DNA of 64,000 nucleotides from a virus (Duplodnaviria; Caudoviricetes): the IMG/VR virus record IMGVR_UViG_3300025892_000008; one strand, given 5' to 3'. Below, one piece after another: positions 1-8,979 of this stretch. How positions within the stretch are numbered: position 1 is the stretch's first letter; every line of letters begins with the position of its first letter. The notes under the pieces are model-generated. The model was not told the DNA's origin. It searched no databases and saw nothing but the letters and a program-made list of their open reading frames with translations. Both the position numbers and the translations under genes were made by a program.

Positions 1-2191
1 TAGTATCGTATATAAAAGCGTCTATATATCTATTCAGCATATCTGTTAATACTGCTTCATCAAAAGTGTAAGTTGGCTGCGTTACTTTCATAAACGCAAT
101 TACTTCAGCAATTACAAAAAGTCTATTTGCTTCGAATATTCGTCTAGCATTTTCGACAGCATAATCTTGTGCGATCGCTTCAGTCCCAACATGATCAGTT
201 CTAGTATTTGAACCAGTTATAACTGGATTGCTGCCTACACTTGAAAGGTAATAATCTAAATAAGGTACAACGTCGTCAACAATCAAATCTTGTATCTGTG
301 TACCTATAGTGGTATCTATATAAGGAGTTTGGAAAAGCTCTGGGCCATATAATCCATTCTCATCAGGACCAAATTCATATTGCGGTGGAACATAAGGAAC
401 TGTTTGAAATACTATATTAGTAGTTACTTGAGATACAGTGTTTCCTACACTCGGTGAAACTGTTGTTCTTTGAATAACTGCCTCAACTATATCTGAAATT
501 CTATCTAATGCAATTTTATGGAAAGGTAAATCAGTTGCTAATGATGCATCTGGCTTACATGGTCTAACTGTAGTTGTTCTAAGTTCTGCTCCATTAATTG
601 CAGTACCTTCCGGTACTACGATAGGTAATACTTCATCATATGTTCCTGCATTTACTCTAATTATAGTTTCGTTGGTATCGGCTCTGCCTGCTACTCTTTC
701 AGCAGCGTATCTAATAGTTTTGTAAGGTTTTTCTGGATTTATTCCTCTATTAGCATTTAAATCATCTATACCATCATTGCTAACATATATAAGTTTTTGA
801 ACATTACCATAGGTTTTATATTCTATACTGTCACTAGTGTTAACAGCAACTAATTGACCTTCTGTTCCAATTGGTAAAGAAGTTGCTCCAAATGTTGAAC
901 CGTCTCCTACTAATCCGCGTGTTAAATCAAAAGTTAATAAATCACCTTGAACACTTAATCCTACACCTTCGCCTGCTAGAGATAGAATATCCCAGTATGA
1001 AAATCCACTACCGTTATCTCCTGGAAAGTTTTCGCTACTAGAAGTGTGTGCAACATTACAAGTATATGCTGTACCTCTATATAGTGCAATATCACCAATT
1101 TCAAATTGACTACCTGATGTCCAAGCATTTCTCCATGCTTGACCTGGCAAAACAATTTCCCAGTTACTGTCATCTAAATAATCTAAAGAACTACCGTCAT
1201 CAGTTATTGCTGTATCTAAAATTGCTACATAAACATATCCGCCTCTACGAACAACGTCTCCTGTTTTATAACTCTGTCCTACTGCCCAATCGCCTACTAG
1301 ATTTATACCTTTTGCTAATAATTTCCATTCGTCATTTGGTACACTTCTATCAGGTGTAGCATATAAACTTGTTGTAGGATTTATATCATTGTTATTTTTA
1401 TTTGCAATAAAGATATGTCCACCGTGTCTGACAACATCGCCAACAGCATACATAACATCATCTGCCCATGTTTGGTAAAAATTATTACCTGGCAATTCTG
1501 TAACAAAGTATGTGCTATCTATAGTTGAGGCACTAGTATGCCCAATAGTACATCTTAATAAACTTCCACCATACTTCATTAAATCATTTGGTCTGTATCG
1601 TGTTGCGGCAGTAAATGTTCCTACGTATTGAATTCCTTCATTTACAATTTCCCATAATTCTTTTGTACTATCATCTAGTCCGTCACTGTTTCCAATTTCA
1701 GCACCTTGTGCAACTGAGCCTGAAGTATGTTCTGCGATACATTTATAAACAAATCCGTTGTATCTTACAACATCACCTATTCCGTATCTTGTTGCTGCTG
1801 CCCAATCGGCTGTCCAGGCATAAAGCGATACATATTCTGCTACCTTATCAGCATTTGTAATAAAATTTGTGTCTGATGTATGACTAGTTGCTACTAGATA
1901 AACTACACCGCCGTATAATACTAAGTCTCCAGAAGCATAAAGTGTACTACCTGCCCAATTACCTCTCCAGTAATATCCGTCGGTCATCTTTAACCAAGCA
2001 ACTGTAGGAGCAGTATCTCCTGGGTTTGCTAAGTAGTCTTGATCTGTTTGGAAGGCTGAAGATGTATGTTGTCTAACACATACATATGTTGAACCGCCAT
2101 ATCGAACAACATCATCTTTGTTATAAGATGTTGACGTATTCCAAATATTTCTCCAGGTATACCTAAGTCTGCTTATTTTAAATTCTGCCAT
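1..2191 (-). CDS. Large virion/tail-fibre protein with tandem CBM5/12-like repeats (partial; runs off the left edge, absent from the ORF track)
   Basis: ATG at 2191. Manual translation gives MAEFKISRLRYTWRNIWNTSTSYNKDDVVRYGGSTYVCVRQHTS, with further W..Y..GD.V.Y.G..Y.C..H repeats and later IRVNAGTYDEVLPIVVPEGTAINGAELR. The frame is still open at position 2. Confidence 0.85.
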   Translation of the reverse strand, partial: MAEFKISRLRYTWRNIWNTSTSYNKDDVVRYGGSTYVCVRQHTSSAFQTDQDYLANPGDTAPTVAWLKMTDGYYWRGNWAGSTLYASGDLVLYGGVVYLVATSHTSDTNFITNADKVAEYVSLYAWTADWAAATRYGIGDVVRYNGFVYKCIAEHTSGSVAQGAEIGNSDGLDDSTKELWEIVNEGIQYVGTFTAATRYRPNDLMKYGGSLLRCTIGHTSASTIDSTYFVTELPGNNFYQTWADDVMYAVGDVVRHGGHIFIANKNNNDINPTTSLYATPDRSVPNDEWKLLAKGINLVGDWAVGQSYKTGDVVRRGGYVYVAILDTAITDDGSSLDYLDDSNWEIVLPGQAWRNAWTSGSQFEIGDIALYRGTAYTCNVAHTSSSENFPGDNGSGFSYWDILSLAGEGVGLSVQGDLLTFDLTRGLVGDGSTFGATSLPIGTEGQLVAVNTSDSIEYKTYGNVQKLIYVSNDGIDDLNANRGINPEKPYKTIRYAAERVAGRADTNETIIRVNAGTYDEVLPIVVPEGTAINGAELRTTTVRPCKPDASLATDLPFHKIALDRISDIVEAVIQRTTVSPSVGNTVSQVTTNIVFQTVPYVPPQYEFGPDENGLYGPELFQTPYIDTTIGTQIQDLIVDDVVPYLDYYLSSVGSNPVITGSNTRTDHVGTEAIAQDYAVENARRIFEANRLFVIAEVIAFMKVTQPTYTFDEAVLTDMLNRYIDAFIYDT

Positions 2192-2202
2192 TTTCTATCC
2201 TA

Positions 2203-2565
2203 TTAGCTCGATGTACCTTGCGGGTATTGATAATTTTGATTAATTCTTTGTACTAGCATTCCTTCGCTATCTACATAATACAAAATACTTCTTTGATCCC
2301 AACGATATTGTGACCATCTTAAATTTTCATAATTAGTTTCGTGATTGGCTGCTATACCGTCAAAGTAATCAATGCCAGGTTCGAAATCTTCAAATGTCTG
2401 TTCTGGTACTCCAGGATAATTTAAGTCTACAGTGTCCTTGTCTACTAAGTTATCAATTCGACGTAAAAATATTTCGCCATCGTCGTTTCGTCTAACCATA
2501 TATAGATAACGAGGACTATCGCCTAGTGCATTATCTGGACTTTGACCAAAGTAATATGTACTCAT
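2203..2565 (-). CDS. Hypothetical virion-cluster protein
   Basis: 120-aa ORF tightly packed between structural genes. Confidence 0.7.
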   Translation of the reverse strand: MSTYYFGQSPDNALGDSPRYLYMVRRNDDGEIFLRRIDNLVDKDTVDLNYPGVPEQTFEDFEPGIDYFDGIAANHETNYENLRWSQYRWDQRSILYYVDSEGMLVQRINQNYQYPQGTSS

Positions 2566-2897
2566 TATGATATCTCCACGTAACTGATACTAGCGTCAAT
2601 ACAATCGTCTGTATCACATTCTAATCTTAATCCTGCTGTTTCAGGAAGTATTAATCTTTCACCGTTGGTAATAACTTTTGCACTAGATCCTGGGGGTATT
2701 GGAATTTGTCTAGCATAGTTTGCAACGGTAGATGACTCATCTATTACGTAAACATTCACTACAGCCATATCATAGTCTGATGTGTTTGCTAAGTTCAAAC
2801 CTACTATTGTTGCTCTTACACCTGAGATAATCTGTAATATATCTACAGGAGTTTTTCCTACTCCAGTTACTACTTCGTTTTTAAATACTGTTGGCAT
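2565..2897 (-). CDS. Small beta-rich virion protein (paralog of 6329..6697)
   Basis: 110 aa. Shares the pattern N(L/I)xNT..V.V.....IPxG......ERLIL...D.L.V with 6329..6697. Confidence 0.7.
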   Translation of the reverse strand: MPTVFKNEVVTGVGKTPVDILQIISGVRATIVGLNLANTSDYDMAVVNVYVIDESSTVANYARQIPIPPGSSAKVITNGERLILPETAGLRLECDTDDCIDASISYVEIS

Positions 2898-2901
2898 CCT
2901 A

Positions 2902-3969
2902 TTATCCTAACATTAGTGCAAACGATGCTGAAATATCATTTGCTAAAATTTCTGATACAGCACCTGAAGCACCTGCAGGTGATGCCCATGACGTCCCTGC
3001 CCAAACTTCTAATGCGTTTGTATCTGTGTTAAATCTTGTCATACCTATTACTGCGTATGTACTTGGTCTTTGTGCTGTGTTACCTCTGGGAGGAACAAAG
3101 CCGTTTGTACCTGCAATTTTAAAATATCCGTTACCAGTTTGTGCAATTTGTGTAATAGCATTTGGTTCAACGTTTGTAATAACATTTCCGGTAATTTTTA
3201 AATTTCCTAATCTTACACCACCAGTACCATTAGCATCAATGTGTAAGTCTTGATTTGTTGTTGTTGTAATCTGGTTATCGCGAAATATTAAGTTACCTAC
3301 ATCTAATGTAGACAATGTAAGCAGGTCTGCATTCAAGTTATTGACATGTAAATTTTTCCATCTAAATGCTGCACTACCTAAATCAAATGTGTTGTCTTGT
3401 TCAGGTATAAGGTTACTTTTAATCGCAGCATTAATTTGTATTGAATCTGTAAGTGCGTCACCAATTGTAATATTGCCGCCTATTGTAACATTGCCGTCTA
3501 CATTTACATTGCCGCTAACATATAAGTCACCGTCTATGTTTGTTGATGCAAATACTTCTAGTGTTCCTGTTCCGTTTGGTCTAAATTCTAATGTTGCATT
3601 TGAATTAGTTGTTGAAATTGTATTACCTTCAATTTGTAAATCATCTACGTTTACTACTGAATGATAAATTACTGGATCTGAACCAGCAGGCGCAAAGTTA
3701 ATTGTGTCTAAATCGCTTGAAATTGTATTGCCAGTAATATTTAAATTACCAACATCAATGTCGTTTTCAACTCTTAGTGTTGTTGTTCTTGTTGTACCTG
3801 TTACGTGTAAATCGGTTGTAGGCGCTGAATTGTTGACACCAATGCGAGCATTGTTTACATCAACATACAAAATATCAGGGTCTGTTGCTCCATTTCTAAA
3901 AGTTAAATCCACGCCGTTACGCACTAGATTTGCTTTTAAGAGCGGCCCACTTATACGACCAATCGCCAT
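2902..3969 (-). CDS. Fibre-like virion protein (paralog of 4086..5759)
   Basis: Likely start is MAIGRISGPLL at 3969, preceded by an AAGGAG RBS; the ORF track extends to 4005. Repeated I.GN.I.....N.L.F.PNGTG units, a P.G.TAQRP motif and a C-terminal FALMLG. Confidence 0.75.
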   Translation of the reverse strand: MAIGRISGPLLKANLVRNGVDLTFRNGATDPDILYVDVNNARIGVNNSAPTTDLHVTGTTRTTTLRVENDIDVGNLNITGNTISSDLDTINFAPAGSDPVIYHSVVNVDDLQIEGNTISTTNSNATLEFRPNGTGTLEVFASTNIDGDLYVSGNVNVDGNVTIGGNITIGDALTDSIQINAAIKSNLIPEQDNTFDLGSAAFRWKNLHVNNLNADLLTLSTLDVGNLIFRDNQITTTTNQDLHIDANGTGGVRLGNLKITGNVITNVEPNAITQIAQTGNGYFKIAGTNGFVPPRGNTAQRPSTYAVIGMTRFNTDTNALEVWAGTSWASPAGASGAVSEILANDISASFALMLG

Positions 3970-4065
3970 TTGCTCTCCTTTTACACGGGGATCCTGTCCC
4001 TCCAACTACCTTACATTGCGAGTTGACCACAGTAAAAAGTTAACGCCGGTCCTCGTTAACAATAG

Positions 4066-4071
4066 TATTTA
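4066..4071 (-). promoter_or_regulatory. Late-type promoter TAAATA
   Basis: Intergenic, correctly oriented, upstream of a structured leader. Confidence 0.55.
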
Positions 4072-4085
4072 GCAAAAAGGAAAAA

Positions 4086-5759
4086 TTACCCAAGCATAAG
4101 GCTATATACGTCACTAAGATCTTCCATAAGAGGAACGTCTACTTCAGCACCACCACCAGTTGATAATTGATATCCTTCGTCGGTTTGTGCGCCTACAGTT
4201 AGTATAATATCGTTAGCAGGTGTTGAGCCACCTGTAAGAGAACTTCCTAGAATTGTAATTAAATCACCGGTAATATAACCTTGCCCTACTGTGGTAATTG
4301 TTATAGTAGTTAATGCTCCAGATGCTATACTAATAGTAAATTCAGCATCAACTCCACTCCCGTTTGTTGTACCTGTAAGTCCTGCTGTTATTTGATTGGG
4401 TAATCCTGTAACAACTGCAATTCCTGTAACAGATTCTATTGTTCCTGCAAATACTTCTAAAATATTTCTATCGGTATTCCATCTACTATCACCAAGTTCA
4501 GGGCGTGCTGGTCTATCTGCATTACCAGCAGCAGGAACTAAAAATGTGTTAGTATCAGTAAATCGTAAATAACCTATTCCTGTACCAGCAAATGTCAATG
4601 GAGTTTCTGGATATTCTCTAGGTCCACCACCTATATCAGTAAGATTTGTTATTGCATCAGTAGCACCTGATACGGATATTGTTCCTGTAGGTGCAGGTCT
4701 TGATCCTGATCCGTCATAATTAAAGTTAACCGTATACGTTCCTGCACTATCGCTTCCTGTTGAAGTGCCAGTAATAATAGTTCCTGGTATAATACCTACT
4801 CCAGTTAACAACATTCCCGGTACAAATGTACCTACAATTGTTCCACTTATTGTAAGTGTGGACCCGCTTATACTGGCTGACGTACTTGTAGCAGTAATCT
4901 CGTTCCACTGAGTCCATTCAATTATATTGATACCTGTGTCAGGTGCAAGAACTAAATCATCGTTACTTTGTAACGAAAAGATTTCATTATTTACACCGTC
5001 TAACTTTTGCTGATCGCTTACTCTTATTTCTAATGGTAACGGAGTATCTACATTTACTAGATTATCTGTAATATAAGCATTGTTCCATCTTCTTACAGAA
5101 CTATCAACAAGTGTTCCTGTTCCTAAATCCCATGTGTTGTCATCACCCGGTATAATTGATTGAGAAAAGTCTGGTATAATCTCAACAACATCTCCTGAGC
5201 CGCCTCCCACATCAGGATTATATAATTCATCTCCAATAGTAAGGTCGCCAAGTTTTGTTAAGTTTCCATCCATAGTAATATTTCCAGTAACTCCTAAGGT
5301 ACCGTAAATATTTGAAGAAGCCGTAAATTCAACTGTTCCTGTCCCGCTTGGATCTAATTCTATAGTTTGATTAGATATGATTCCACTTATTGTATTATCA
5401 TTAAATTCTAAATCGTCTGAACGCATTCTTTGGAAGTTCATGTAACTTCCAGCAGTTTTTGTTGGTAAAATATGTAACGGGCCAACAACTGTTGAAAAAG
5501 TATTAGGTGCTTTAATTAAAACGTTATCTATTTTTGCTGTATCATCTACCTGAAGTCTAGTTGTTAAGGTATCAGTTCTTACATCAAGTGCAAAGTCAGA
5601 ATTAGGATCATCAGTTTTAATACCTACAGTAGAAGTTCCAACATCAAAAAATAATACTGGAGTAGCATCAAACGTTGTGTTTGAAATTTTAAGATCAATA
5701 TCGTCACGGTGTAGGTTTGCGTTTAGTAACGGACCAGTGATTCGCCCCAATTGTGACAT
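4086..5759 (-). CDS. Fibre-like virion protein
   Basis: 557 aa. N-terminus SQLGRITGPLL and C-terminus YSLMLG match 2902..3969; extra Gly/Thr-rich modules are inserted. Confidence 0.75.
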   Translation of the reverse strand: MSQLGRITGPLLNANLHRDDIDLKISNTTFDATPVLFFDVGTSTVGIKTDDPNSDFALDVRTDTLTTRLQVDDTAKIDNVLIKAPNTFSTVVGPLHILPTKTAGSYMNFQRMRSDDLEFNDNTISGIISNQTIELDPSGTGTVEFTASSNIYGTLGVTGNITMDGNLTKLGDLTIGDELYNPDVGGGSGDVVEIIPDFSQSIIPGDDNTWDLGTGTLVDSSVRRWNNAYITDNLVNVDTPLPLEIRVSDQQKLDGVNNEIFSLQSNDDLVLAPDTGINIIEWTQWNEITATSTSASISGSTLTISGTIVGTFVPGMLLTGVGIIPGTIITGTSTGSDSAGTYTVNFNYDGSGSRPAPTGTISVSGATDAITNLTDIGGGPREYPETPLTFAGTGIGYLRFTDTNTFLVPAAGNADRPARPELGDSRWNTDRNILEVFAGTIESVTGIAVVTGLPNQITAGLTGTTNGSGVDAEFTISIASGALTTITITTVGQGYITGDLITILGSSLTGGSTPANDIILTVGAQTDEGYQLSTGGGAEVDVPLMEDLSDVYSLMLG

Positions 5760-5769
5760 TTACTACCCC

Positions 5770-6318
5770 CTAGTTAGCAAAACCAGTAAACACTGTTACA
5801 TTCTTAGCAAGTGGAACTGGTGAGGTAAATTTTAAATACCATCCGTCAGCATATGGGCTGCCCGGTCCTGCAAGACTTCCGCCTGCACTCTGTTCTAATG
5901 TAAAGTTTGTTGTAGGTATCTGCATTACGTTTTCTACAAGCACAATAATATTGTTTGCACTTGCAGGAACTTTTGATAATGGACCAAACACTGTTTCTGT
6001 AGCGTCTCCAGGTCCTAGTGTTTCTATTGATACTGCTCCAACTGCTGGACCTCTTACAACTTGCCAAGCACCACCAACATATGCTTCTATTCCAATAGGC
6101 TGTCCAGTTACTGCATCATTATCAATGTTGTATCTTATATAACCGTTACCATCAATTGGATGCCTAACACCTGTCAATTGTGGTCTCTGTGCAGTTGTTC
6201 CTTTTGGAATCATTACAGCACCGTTAAAATCCATTACGCCTCTACCATAAGAATTTACTCTAACAGTATTATCGTTAGGACTATATTTTGATACGTATTG
6301 TGATTTTAAAAATCTCAT
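5770..6318 (-). CDS. Virion structural protein
   Basis: 182 aa with the IPKGTTAQRP motif shared with neighbouring fibre proteins. Confidence 0.7.
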   Translation of the reverse strand: MRFLKSQYVSKYSPNDNTVRVNSYGRGVMDFNGAVMIPKGTTAQRPQLTGVRHPIDGNGYIRYNIDNDAVTGQPIGIEAYVGGAWQVVRGPAVGAVSIETLGPGDATETVFGPLSKVPASANNIIVLVENVMQIPTTNFTLEQSAGGSLAGPGSPYADGWYLKFTSPVPLAKNVTVFTGFAN

Positions 6319-6328
6319 CTATTCATCC

Positions 6329-6697
6329 TTATACAGGTAATGAACTTACGGTAACTGTGATTAGATTTGCATCTGCCGCCTTTACCCATACTTCATCGCC
6401 GCCGTCTAATATAATTTTCTCATCGCTAAAAAATACAGTTTCACCTGCAGGAACAGTTACACTTGATACTATTTTATTTGCGTCAACAGGTGCATCACCT
6501 AGTTTTACTAGATATAAATCAACTTCAGTTCTGTTAATTGATTCGTCTGTAATAGTAACTGCGCCTGTATTACAAAGTATAATGTTTGTTACAGCCCTAT
6601 TTTGTGCTGTGACTGCACCGCCAAGAGCGGCACCTGTAGTTGATGCTGTAAAAACTTTTGTGTCACTTGTAGTAGTTAATTGTTGGTTATTAATCAT
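6329..6697 (-). CDS. Small beta-rich virion protein (paralog of 2565..2897)
   Basis: 122 aa; similarity to 2565..2897 visible by eye. Confidence 0.7.
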   Translation of the reverse strand: MINNQQLTTTSDTKVFTASTTGAALGGAVTAQNRAVTNIILCNTGAVTITDESINRTEVDLYLVKLGDAPVDANKIVSSVTVPAGETVFFSDEKIILDGGDEVWVKAADANLITVTVSSLPV

Positions 6698-6706
6698 TTG
6701 TTTTTC

Positions 6707-7687
6707 CTAAAATATCATGCTAAACAGCAATGCTTTATTTTTACTTATCAATTCATCAGTGTCATTATTAGTATTTCTATAGTATAAACCAGTATTACCA
6801 ATACCAGGTTGCTTAGAATATTGTACTGTTGAATCTGGAATATATGCAGGATCAACAGCAATTTGATCTAACTGTAAACCGTAATTTAATCTTACTTTAC
6901 CTGTTCCGTTTGTCTGTAAAAATATACTATCATTGGTGTTGTTTACAGTAATAGTAGGACTTCCTGGTTCACTTTGATTAAATTCTAATCCTTGTATTAA
7001 TGCTCTATTTGCATAGAATTGTGTGTTAAGTGTGTTATCAACCAATACGCTTACAGCACTTTCGCTATATGAACTGTAACCTGTATTGTCAATTAAGTAT
7101 TGTAATGATCCTGTTACTTCTTTATCTGTAACAATAACTCTTGTATTATCATCGATAATTTGGAAAGTTGGATTGTCTCTAATAGAATCATCTACATATT
7201 TTTTATTTGGAATATCGTCATCATCAGTAATTTGATTTTCGTAATCTGTAGTTCCTGTAACTGTAATAACACCTTGGCCATAACCTATTAGTTCTAGATC
7301 AGGACTAGACGTATCTGTTGTAATTTTTTTTAATCTTAAAGTAGTATTGTAATTAAATGTTGATTCAGGACTACCTGTTGCTAAATTAAATGAATCGTCA
7401 TTTTCATCCCAAAAGAATGAAGCAGGATTAAGACTGCCTCTATCTACTTGTAAACCTGAATATCTTAAAGATACACCTGCGCCTGTTTCACCAAAATTTA
7501 ATTGTATTATATTATCTTTTACGTTTAGGTTTTCTGCTTCTACAGTAAGTGTGTCACCTTCAACGATAAGATCAGAAGTAACAATTACTTGTCCGCCTGA
7601 ACTTGGAGGACCAACGTCTAGTCTAACAACGCCGCCTTCTTTAGTTTTGATGTTATAATCACCGTTTGTTTGTAGAAACTGTCCCAT
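6707..7687 (-). CDS. Virion structural protein
   Basis: 326 aa; contains DDDDIPNKKYVD (fibre-type K.YVD motif) and a hydrophobic C-terminus ALLFSMIF. Confidence 0.7.
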   Translation of the reverse strand: MGQFLQTNGDYNIKTKEGGVVRLDVGPPSSGGQVIVTSDLIVEGDTLTVEAENLNVKDNIIQLNFGETGAGVSLRYSGLQVDRGSLNPASFFWDENDDSFNLATGSPESTFNYNTTLRLKKITTDTSSPDLELIGYGQGVITVTGTTDYENQITDDDDIPNKKYVDDSIRDNPTFQIIDDNTRVIVTDKEVTGSLQYLIDNTGYSSYSESAVSVLVDNTLNTQFYANRALIQGLEFNQSEPGSPTITVNNTNDSIFLQTNGTGKVRLNYGLQLDQIAVDPAYIPDSTVQYSKQPGIGNTGLYYRNTNNDTDELISKNKALLFSMIF

Positions 7688-8050
7688 CTAAATACCTTTA
7701 AGTAAAACTATACGTTGAGATGAATCATCATCAACTTCCCAGTTATAGTTTATATTTACAAAATCTTTCATTACGTTATCAATAATTTCTTTTATAAAAA
7801 CCCAAACACTTGATTCTAATACTAATCCTGATAATGTCATTTCATTATCTTTTAATTCACTTGTTTGTTTTTTAACAAGTTTACAAACGCCTACGTTTCC
7901 TTCTTTATCTTCTACCTTAAACTCTGAGTTTGAAATTTGTGCTAAGACGTTACCGTTATGGCACGCCTTAGCACTTTCAATTTTAACTGAAACAACCAAG
8001 TTTTTTAGATTTTTTAAGAAATCCCAAAATACATTAATTGGTGGTTCCAT
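7688..8050 (-). CDS. Hypothetical protein, probable divergent paralog of 8063..8512
   Basis: Both share I/V..Q....F.V......C.L......L...EM.I/L. Confidence 0.6.
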   Translation of the reverse strand: MEPPINVFWDFLKNLKNLVVSVKIESAKACHNGNVLAQISNSEFKVEDKEGNVGVCKLVKKQTSELKDNEMTLSGLVLESSVWVFIKEIIDNVMKDFVNINYNWEVDDDSSQRIVLLKGI

Positions 8051-8062
8051 CCTCAGTTATCC

Positions 8063-8512
8063 TTATGCGTCTTCTGTGAAGTCGTCGTCATCAGTGCCGA
8101 TCAATGTGTTGTCGTCACCTGCTTCTTCAACTTGTGCTGCGCCATCTGAAGTAGATGCTGCAAAGTTCCAAGGAACAGTAACACCGTCATACAAGTTAGT
8201 ACCTGTTGCACTAGGTGCTGATAGTGTTGCTTTCTTCCCAGAAATTTTACTTACTGTGTATGTTTCTGCATCGTCCATTTTGAATGAAATTGACATTTCG
8301 CCTGCTGCTAATGCTGCTGGTAATTTACCAGTTGTTAGCACACAAGTATATTCGCCTGCTGTTTCAATTTCTTCGCATACAAATTTCTTTGAACCTTTTT
8401 GCTTTACGATATAACCTTCTTTAACTGCTGTGTCGTTATGAAAGTTGACTTTGATTTCAGATCCAGCCGCTGTTGGCGTTCCGAATAATCTTTTGTTAAG
8501 TGGTCTTCCCAT
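8063..8512 (-). CDS. Conserved-type virion (possibly capsid-associated) protein
   Basis: 149 aa starting MGRPLNK, with a strong RBS (AGGAGA); downstream of the major capsid gene and a late promoter. Confidence 0.7.
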   Translation of the reverse strand: MGRPLNKRLFGTPTAAGSEIKVNFHNDTAVKEGYIVKQKGSKKFVCEEIETAGEYTCVLTTGKLPAALAAGEMSISFKMDDAETYTVSKISGKKATLSAPSATGTNLYDGVTVPWNFAASTSDGAAQVEEAGDDNTLIGTDDDDFTEDA

Positions 8513-8616
8513 TTGTTTTCTCCTATAAAAAGTAGTCCCATCCGGGTTCTATCCGGTACGCTGTGGGTTAAACAGCATAAGTCCGCCACATTATGCGGCT
8601 CGCTATCTGACACAAG

Positions 8617-8622
8617 TATTTA
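8617..8622 (-). promoter_or_regulatory. Late-type promoter TAAATA
   Basis: At the gene boundary, upstream of the structured leader of 8063..8512. Confidence 0.55.
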
Positions 8623-8892
8623 TCCTTTACTCAGTAAAGCCATTAGTTCAACTTTACTAATAGTGTTCATTAGCGTATTGATTTTATCTATTTCGCTTTG
8701 TGCAGATTCTATATATCTGTCTTTCTTTGTTTGTTTGTACTTGATCAAAAAATCCATATAGTTTTTCATATGAACTTCTATTGAGTTTTGTATTGACCGT
8801 ATATCATGTGTAAACATAGGAAAGCGTTTACGCCATTTAGTTAATTGGTCTCGTAATTTGTTAAAGTCTTCATGACTTTTTATTTCAAGCAT
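8620..8892 (-). CDS. Hypothetical protein
   Basis: The ORF track starts at 8907; the ATG at 8892 lies 5 nt after a TAAATA and is preferred. Confidence 0.6.
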   Translation of the reverse strand: MLEIKSHEDFNKLRDQLTKWRKRFPMFTHDIRSIQNSIEVHMKNYMDFLIKYKQTKKDRYIESAQSEIDKINTLMNTISKVELMALLSKG

Positions 8893-8922
8893 ATGTATAT
8901 TTAACACTCAAAGTCAAGTCAT

Positions 8923-8953
8923 AAAAAAAGGGCGACATAAATGCCGCCCTTTT
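8923..8953 (-). terminator. Rho-independent terminator after the major capsid gene
   Basis: Minus strand reads AAAAGGGCGGCA-TTTA-TGTCGCCC-TTTTTTT: a GC stem followed by a U-run, 27 nt after the gp23 stop. Confidence 0.85.
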
Positions 8954-8979
8954 AAACACTGTAAAGTGTAGTTTATTGC

